Virus record (IMG/VR): IMGVR_UViG_3300017951_000046
Coordinates: 1-36,355 of that record
Length of the DNA: 36,355 nucleotides
Strand: one strand, 5' to 3'
From: a virus
Taxonomy: Duplodnaviria > Caudoviricetes
Made by a program: the position numbers and the translations under genes. Each line of letters starts with the position of its first letter. Within the stretch, counting starts at the first letter, position 1. The notes beneath the pieces are model-generated. The model saw only the letters and a list, made by a program, of their open reading frames with translations, had not been told where the DNA came from and made no database searches. Below, piece after piece: positions 29,501-34,500 of the stretch.

Positions 29501-31091
29501 TTATCTAGGAACTCTTGTTTCTGATGTTGTACAAGAAATTGATGCTGCAAATACTGTTTACTCAATCTATCCACAGGATACTTCAGGTACTCCTGCAACT
29601 GCAGTAGAGGGTGCTAGGGTTTCCGAATTAATAGGTTATGTTGAGGATGTTATCCGTAATGACTCTCTAGCAGGACTACCTGGACTTGAACAGGCAAATA
29701 CAGCTTGGATTGATTCCGAACTCACAAGTGCTCAAATTACACTTGATGATAATTCAGAAGAACTTGCTACAGATGTCACAGAGTTTATAAACAGCAACTT
29801 TAATGTACTTGACTATAACAAAGATAAGTGTAGACGTGATACAGGTTATCTATTAGATGCCTTCAGCTTTGACTTAAACTTTGGTGGTAATACTGCCTCT
29901 AGATGGAATGCAGATTTCTACTTCTGGAACTCAGTATACAGATTACCAGAGGACCAAAGAATTCCAACCGCAAAATCTTATAGACAACTCGGTAGAATTT
30001 GTAAGGATATTGTATTAGGCAAGTATGAAGGTCAGGTTGTATTAGGTGATGTTGCAACAGAAATTGAATCTAAAAAGGTTCAAGGTCTGGCAGATATATT
30101 CTATAAGACACAATTATATAACGACACGAAATATCTACCTGTAAAACAAGAACCTGATTATACATATGCAGATGCTAGTGCTGTTGATGCTCAAGGTGTA
30201 TTATCATCAAATAGAACAGCTCTTGCAATGGATACCGTAAGATATGTAGGTTCAACTTATAAATATATTGATGAAAAACTGACCAGAAGAGATGCAAGAA
30301 ATCTTCTGACAGCTATACAGAATGACTTCAAGTATGAAGATGTTTCGGTTCCTGCTCCAAGTTATACAACAAATGGAAATCAGAATGCAACCAAGACATA
30401 TACTGCTGCATTCTTTGACTTTAACGGTAAGCATGTATTCCCTGTATTCAATCCATCTAACCCGGATCTGAAATATCAAGGAAGTGTACAAGGACCAGTA
30501 TCAAATGGAAACCTTGCTGCACTTACTGGAATGAAGCCAAATCACGCTTATATTGTTGCAGACGATATGAATGTAAACTACTATGAAGGCGATATCTATT
30601 ATTGGGATGGCTCAGCATGGCAACTTGATGGTCCTAACAATACTGATTTATTGGATTCATTTACTGGTGCTTGGGATAGAATGAGAGATTATATTGTTAA
30701 TAATCTATCACCTAACTCAGAACACACCATTATGCTTGAAGGTCTGTTTAATGATTGCTTGAAAGGCAACGTATTAAGACCTAATACATTGGTATTTGGT
30801 TCACTGGTTGAATCCATTGCTCACCAGTTTAATGGTGCTGGTGCTGGTGTTAACAGAAATGCATTACCATTAAACTTCAGAAACCTAGGTGGTGCTGTAT
30901 CTGCTGTTGCTTCGGTACTAAATGAGGATGGAGGAAGAATCAGATGGTCAGGTGCTGACGAATTGAATAACCAGTACTTTGCTAGAGGATTGAGGATTAA
31001 TGGTAGAACAGGAAGAATTGAAGGTCGACCATTTACATCATCTGTAAGAAAACTTGCAAGACGTGCTTCTAATAGTAGAGCTCAATTATAA
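20556..31091 (+). CDS. Giant (3511 aa) repeat-rich putative virion protein: S/T/N/D solenoid, pectin-lyase-like region, 12 phycobiliprotein/globin-like helical repeats and 7 beta repeats
   Basis: Uninterrupted ORF in the structural operon with a promoter and SD. The repeats are directly visible in the translation; fold assignments are by motif resemblance only. Confidence 0.85.
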   Translation: MAKISELGSITGANTRSEDLFVIVNLVQGDDGTKNITRKELVQAIQYEVFNRITITGGTISGVVMRDSRLDNVVIDNSDIEDTSFIRGNIDNTTITNSTANNITITSSSFSQGTLDDVDGTDVRLVDSTIDDSAIANSSFIEGTISNTAISTSTFTDGDVLDSRVANTAITTSTFADGDVSNTTITTSTITDSIANNVVITQSEFNDGTANNSTITQSVFDNGQLTNSTGENLDIANSDIDDSRITNSTANNVAITSSTFTSGDIFDSNANNVIITNSEFNDGTGNNVVLTNSTIDDSTFTDGTISNTSFTGTMDNVVATDMTIRSSSADGLSSNNSSFENGTVSGSVFDGGTITNSNLVDFDMELNNEFEPPIDDESYFAIRNEKTGETEQISFGALYDEVSKKTAQALKVHVDAGSGDDSNPGTQLQPVQTLERAFELCLEKAGGDLNRNAVNNSVHISAGPGTYYTKGNLALPDDCSMTSTAGQYATVIEALPGYENNNAILVGSGCYVQGFSYQNWKIDNFDFPEGGFAIAYRPGAKLLRSPYLRDSTQLSNFLRQDVEPPLNPFNSKGTLADLGQQFYLEPGHSGTFAEDDEIKFSSGAVGYVSYVDELATADEIYVRNLKNGQGFAVGDTITSESGGTGVIQSIGIDDFPNREVGRGGGCVLADRRVLDPDSLYTYVLCFGFTPRTQNGIGYVARDGAGVNGIGSLSIFVRIAFYALNGGQMTLNNSGTQFGDISMRAKGSTNVFQPRNTTATIIGNTAFADTIDAQADTIIDDMVDYLSANTAQGGLDYTFYDADKCERDSGIILDGVGYDIALDTNYWSRLAGITYRSPISSKVIGEQLDATLGANQYLQSRVENIFSGASSDINERANTSFQELYNVVEYGEENMNPIIWRDTSVPYVAARELIQDNRAFITDELIDWIENNDEFYAYDSVACRRDIQDYILPAVQNDMLYDTNYNSVTAGRAYYMATAKKVIQQQNNETVAAYKRLKDQTNELIDGDSYLASQRLDDGYDEIIKILENSDTQFTPTNATYDAETGKSVITLGSGHGITKGSKILLKTGGLIFTCDRDNNTSRTGYPRASDPAAGTPIEVIGANATSITVYVGASAIVDDHTFVEALPNSVSKLGSEITWSDSTSIDADKRNARKQLQANKEFIQEHMLGYIDYNYFRYDSDKCRRDVTQYILPAVERDILTGTNYNAIQTGLAYRSGTTLADNVINEQLVETTGAIEELRDLVANTEIGSTFTPTDASYDPTTGQFTAVIGEHSLEPGDYVSFLEGAVTFSCDTGSGPTNDSVPVAGHPFYNHPCQIESVTRNSITMNVGTGGSNEHTFVSALTDGIREVIGLSDNASEFRSNESFNEILNIMNDRNKTYSTSNATYDPASGLTVLTIGNHDFQVGDQILIAPDSLTFTCALDGNATQHTYPTTTISTFTPTGATYDPATGVFTATIGAHKLQIGDLVEIAPESITFTCDLDGNVTQHAYPEPHHPFYKKKIALTGVTSTTITMNVGAAINGGGTHTFVSALANSIEGERRHPAYKAPVTISATAASTITVNVGPSSDTSTHTFVSATADNIKPAEYTSTYTPTDATYDPATGVFVATIGEGHNLVAGDYVMLKPESVVFTCVLDGNATEHAVPERHHPFYRTPVKLDSVTNNTITMNVGAGPGGAHTFIRAETGAIDSDAIVFTDPASYVSHYTPTTATYDPASGISVVTIPGHDLTTNDYIEFAPYSFTYTCAQDGNATEHSYPRKGDSNYRTPMLITNVAGDDITVQLATSSGGAHTFVSVEKHAVSKVTYNSQGQYAREQLQDNREFLQEEVASYLQSQYFVYDGDKCSRDTGYILDAVRRDVATGSNYPSVFMGLGYQIGTKGSNEVVTDQLTQTVGAINYLKGEIGSELTGTALSRANAGFDEIIDIMNNGSGNANALQFGTTAAPSANHTVARTALQLNRDFIIAEVTAYIAQEFPTLTYDIAKCERDTGYLVDAISWDIQYGSNAGSINFARLYYENAISVLPEDQKLPTAKTWEHIAEVAYQIVRDQAVTKTSGNAETQDVSQTDAGIVVGNAVRDGINITTQIIRDDNLDNLPAYVEPTNPEFGQEVDIIDGYTENLQSSVIDFLADEYNGLAYDENVCKRDVGLLVDAVSRDIEYGGNENTLEVLDYYFRRFDSESADYEQLRSVNVLPIEVKGQFRTLSDYDDNANVAGLREKINVLPYEQREATRLAFGHLADVAEKVVKEVAHTTTYNTFTPTNATYDPATGVFTVTVGSHDLVPGDQVWLKDNAFTFSCDMGSGAANHTSPQAHHPYYQKPVTITAVTPTVLTMNVGTGGSGQQPHTFVSALANSVSEGPYQSTDGTPADATTGTAVHDLFNVIAELVDDTNIETAQLPTLTKASFDPNRTLARKQLQRNRDFIIEEVQAYIKDRYYTFDGDKCKRDIGLILDAVKADVLTGSNFNAVFNGLAYRIGTTGADAVINEQLTETVSAIKYAKGLAVAAVTDTDAKTRTEAAFDEIIDIMTNGSGNADTITYTGTASINNRINARAQLQNNKAFLQAEITAWLAANRPSLTYDVAKCERDLGYLIDAISFDAQHQGNFATINDAKLYFENAVSVLPEDQREPTAAAFAHIGDCAELVVQDTDIAGLKSAGNGVSQDFSSASAGAAMGAEVEGLFDIVANAISNNTLLLAPPVSFPTLSTYDDEYVAAFGEIESVKETVQNGVLAHLAKYFEVLPYNEAKCRRDTGYIVDAVSHDIQYGGNSATVQTAGMYFENAVNTGLQIEQRMGSRDAFLHMAKIVEHVVGGKAITTTEFPRSKTYYTGDILTQYDYWNGLHSYQTTEEQDFHVHGANPKTSIAAKALVEIVANAVDDNKEVDATIPDMIGVDQSWMADNYVASKEALEKQKVTLSENVISYLSNVQNGLSFKNAKCRRDIGYLVDAISHDIQHDTNFAIRQSAGIYFENGISVLPVDTRNQTADIYNYLGTLVSDVVQEIDAANTVYSIYPQDTSGTPATAVEGARVSELIGYVEDVIRNDSLAGLPGLEQANTAWIDSELTSAQITLDDNSEELATDVTEFINSNFNVLDYNKDKCRRDTGYLLDAFSFDLNFGGNTASRWNADFYFWNSVYRLPEDQRIPTAKSYRQLGRICKDIVLGKYEGQVVLGDVATEIESKKVQGLADIFYKTQLYNDTKYLPVKQEPDYTYADASAVDAQGVLSSNRTALAMDTVRYVGSTYKYIDEKLTRRDARNLLTAIQNDFKYEDVSVPAPSYTTNGNQNATKTYTAAFFDFNGKHVFPVFNPSNPDLKYQGSVQGPVSNGNLAALTGMKPNHAYIVADDMNVNYYEGDIYYWDGSAWQLDGPNNTDLLDSFTGAWDRMRDYIVNNLSPNSEHTIMLEGLFNDCLKGNVLRPNTLVFGSLVESIAHQFNGAGAGVNRNALPLNFRNLGGAVSAVASVLNEDGGRIRWSGADELNNQYFARGLRINGRTGRIEGRPFTSSVRKLARRASNSRAQL
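20700..21650 (+). repeat. Low-complexity 5/10/15-residue periodic repeats (e.g. NSTANNVxITxSxF, IDDSxI), likely a beta-solenoid stalk
   Basis: Recurrent ACAAATTCTACTGCAAA(T/C)AAT-type DNA and a hydrophobic residue about every 5 aa. Confidence 0.75.
22850..30350 (+). repeat. Twelve helical repeats centred on C-x-R-D
   Basis: Cys codons at 22965, 23379, 24102, 26079, 26499, 26970, 27870, 28290, 28779, 29346 and 29829; degenerate TRRD at 30282. Confidence 0.92.
23652..27608 (+). repeat. Seven ~97-aa beta-rich repeats (TPT.ATYDP.TG...H....GD......FTC...HP.Y...IT.NVG...HTFV)
   Basis: Starts at about 23652, 24309, 24693, 24870, 25326, 25665 and 27315. Confidence 0.92.
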
Positions 31092-31109
31092 AAATAGGAT
31101 AAAAGAAAA

Positions 31110-31553
31110 ATGCCAATAAACACAATTACAACTTCTCAAGCTCCCGACGCGAAACCGGTTGCCGTTAATAAGGTTGTCTCTACCAATTGGCAAGTTTTGA
31201 TTGATGTTCCTCAATATGAGGTTCCGGAACTTGTTTTCGGTGGGTCAACAACTGTTGAGCCAGGTGTGGGCGAAGTTATTTCGCCACTTGTTTTATGTAA
31301 TACAACAGCAAATACTGTTAATGTTGATGTCAGAACTCATCGTGAAAATGATAGCAATGGCAATTATATTAACCAAGAATTTTACATATTAAGAAATTTA
31401 CCACTGCCTGCTTACGAGACCACAGCAATTCCATTAAACGGACAGTTTTTAAAGACTGGTGACACACTTGAAATTATAGCTGATACGGATTTAGCGGTAC
31501 ATTGTACATTGTCATTTACTCTAGGTCAATCTGAAGAAGATGATGTAGTTTAA
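31110..31553 (+). CDS. Hypothetical beta-rich protein, probably virion-associated
   Basis: 147-aa ORF with an AGGA SD, filling the gap between two large structural genes; contains an L..GD.L...A pattern. Confidence 0.75.
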   Translation: MPINTITTSQAPDAKPVAVNKVVSTNWQVLIDVPQYEVPELVFGGSTTVEPGVGEVISPLVLCNTTANTVNVDVRTHRENDSNGNYINQEFYILRNLPLPAYETTAIPLNGQFLKTGDTLEIIADTDLAVHCTLSFTLGQSEEDDVV

Positions 31554-31558
31554 TGATA

Positions 31559-31565
31559 ATAAATA
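31559..31565 (+). promoter_or_regulatory. T4-like late promoter ATAAATA
   Basis: Intergenic, 34 nt upstream of ATG 31599, with a GGAG SD at 31585-31588. Confidence 0.75.
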
Positions 31566-31598
31566 TATTATTATAATGATAAACGGAGAATAATTTAA

Positions 31599-34500
31599 AT
31601 GTCCTTTGGAACAACATCAGGAAAGAATAAGTTTATTGGGTTCGGTATACCACAAGCCTTTCCAATTACATTAGACGCCACAGTCTATGAAGGCGCAGTT
31701 CTCTATGCTGAAAATGATAAATTATATGTTTCTGATGGTACCTCTTGGGTAGAAATTGGGGCTGGACCTCAAGGTATCCAAGGTTTAACAGGTATTCAAG
31801 GAACACAAGGTGTTCAAGGTGCGTATGGACCTGGATTCACAATTATCGGTTCAGTTGCTGATGTTGATGTAGACCCACCCAATGACCCACAAGCAACTCT
31901 TAATGCAGCATTCCCATCTGCCAATATTGGTGAAGGTGTTATTGATGAAGCTGATGATGAGTTATGGATTTATGTTGGTTCAAGTACTTGGGTTAATATT
32001 GGTTCATTTAGAGGTGTTCAAGGTTTCCAGGGCGTAACTGGTCCACAAGGTTTGCAGGGTCCTTTAGGTAATGAAGGTATCCAGGGTGAACGAGGATTTA
32101 GAGGTTTCCAAGGAGAGGCTGGACCACAGGGTGCTCAAGGTATCCAAGGTGATTTAGGTATTCAGGGTATCCAAGGGCGAAGAGGTCCTCAAGGTGTTCA
32201 GGGTATTACTGGTATCCAAGGTGATTTAGGTATTCAAGGAACACAAGGCCGTGCTGGTCCTCAAGGTACAACAGGTATCCAAGGTGATACTGGTATTCAA
32301 GGTGTTCAAGGCTATACAGGTTCTTATGGTGGTGTATCATTTGAGTATGATTTTGATACATCTGTAGTAGTTGCAGACCCAACTCAATCCAAATTTAGAT
32401 TTAATAACGTCTTAGCAGACCAAACAACAATTATTTCCATTGACGCAATCGCTAAAAACTTAGGTGATATTACAGAACTTTTTGATTCACTTGATGATGT
32501 CGCAGGACCAGTTAAAGGTTATATACAGATTACAAATATTGCTGATAATCAGAAGTTTATCACTTATGAGATTACAGAAATTACAGACAATGGTGGTTGG
32601 GCGCAATTTAATGTTAATTACTTAACAGCAACAGCAACAGTTGGAAATCTGACTGCTGACCCAGCATGTATTATTTCATTTACAAGAACAGGTACTCAAG
32701 GAACTCAAGGAGTTCAAGGTACTACTGGTATTCAAGGTTTCACAGGTATTCAAGGTGAGATTGGCCCACAAGGAACTCAAGGTGTTCAAGGTACAACGGG
32801 TATCCAAGGTGATGTTGGTATTCAAGGCTCTACTGGACCTCAAGGTATTCAAGGTACAACAGGTTCTCAAGGTCTACAAGGAAATCAGGGCGTCCAAGGC
32901 TCAACTGGTGACTTTGGTGGTATAACATACGATTACGATTACGATAACAATACCACAGATGCTGACCCAGGTCCTGGTACAATCAGATTTAGTAATGTCA
33001 ACCTAGCTAATACTGACATTAATCTATGGATTGATGATGTTGATGATAATGGCTTGACAGTTATGGACGACATTGGTGCTGAATTAAGTGCTGTGACTGG
33101 TGGTCCTAAAGGTTATGTAAGAATTATAGATGCAACTGACCTAGGTACACAAGCATTATTTAGAATTGATGCAGTTGCAGACAAAACAGGTTATTGGCAA
33201 TTAACAGTAAATCATCTCGTTGGTGCAACAGCTCTTGCAAACGGTTCAGATGTTCGTGTATCATTTATCAGAAATGGTGACCAAGGTGTGCAGGGTGTCC
33301 AGGGTGTCCAGGGTGTTCAAGGTAATTTTGGCCCACAAGGTGTACAGGGTGTTCAAGGTGATTTCGGACCACAAGGAGTTCAGGGTGTTCAAGGTGATTT
33401 CGGACCTATAGGACCTCAAGGTGTTCAAGGTATAACAGGTATCCAAGGTGAGCGAGGTCTCCAAGGCGATACTGGTGCAACAGGTTTACAAGGAATCCAG
33501 GGAACAACAGGTACTCAGGGTGCTACAGGTATTCAAGGTCTCCAAGGACTTCAGGGAGAGCAAGGCCAATATGGTGGCTTAACATTTATTTGGAACTTTG
33601 TTAACAACACAATCGGTGGTACTGACCCTGGTACAAACAATTTTAAATTTAATAATGCCAACCCACAATCAGCTAATTTAATTACAATAGATGATATTCC
33701 TGCTGACCAATATAACCAGGAGGTAGATGACTTCTTTGATTTCATTGCTGGTCAACCTGGTACAGTTAAAGGTTATCTCAAAATACAAGAAGGTAATTAC
33801 GATGATGGAAATGGCCCTGCTGGCCACCATTGGTTAGTTTATGAAATTACTGGCTGGACATGGGACGGTGTCGGTAAAAACTATGGTTATTTTGATGTTA
33901 ACTTTGTTGATGGTAATGTCACAAGTTGGGAAACATCTGTTAACCAAGTACATGGTCCTGCCACATTAATTACATTCGTTCCAAGAGGTCCTGCAGGTAT
34001 TCAGGGTCCTCAAGGTACAACAGGTATCCAAGGTTTACAAGGTAGAACTGGTGCTGGTGTTCAAGGACCTCAAGGTTTACAAGGTACCGATGGTTTACAA
34101 GGTACTGAAGGTTCATTTGGTGGTATTACATTTGACTATACATTCTTAACAGATACACTGAATAACAGACCACAAGCTGGTAATTTAAAACTTAATAATA
34201 GTACATACGCATCGGCAACAGCATTATATATTGACGATAGAGATGATAACTTTGTTAATATTGAGCCTTTCTTAAGAACAATTGATGATTCTACAAGTCC
34301 TATTAAAGGTCATTTTAGAATTACAAAGAAATCACAGCCTGAAGTATTCCAAATCTTTACAATTTCTGCTCTTACAGAATTAACAGGCTACTTTAATGTC
34401 ACTTGTGCATTTGTAAGTGGTAATGGTACATTTGTTGACCAAGAAGATGTCACAATTACATTTGCCAGAACTGGTGATGTTGGTGCTACTGGTCCTGCTG

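Noticed and set aside
22850-30350. Calling the repeats bona fide cpc/apc/cpe genes, or concluding that the host is a cyanobacterium
   Set aside because: They are internal repeats of one protein, lack recognisable N-terminal X/Y helices and diverge outside the two motifs; nothing else in the window identifies the host.
33282-33407. Short tandem repeats that might suggest a CRISPR array or contingency locus
   Set aside because: Unit lengths are multiples of 3, there are no unique spacers, and they encode collagen triplets.
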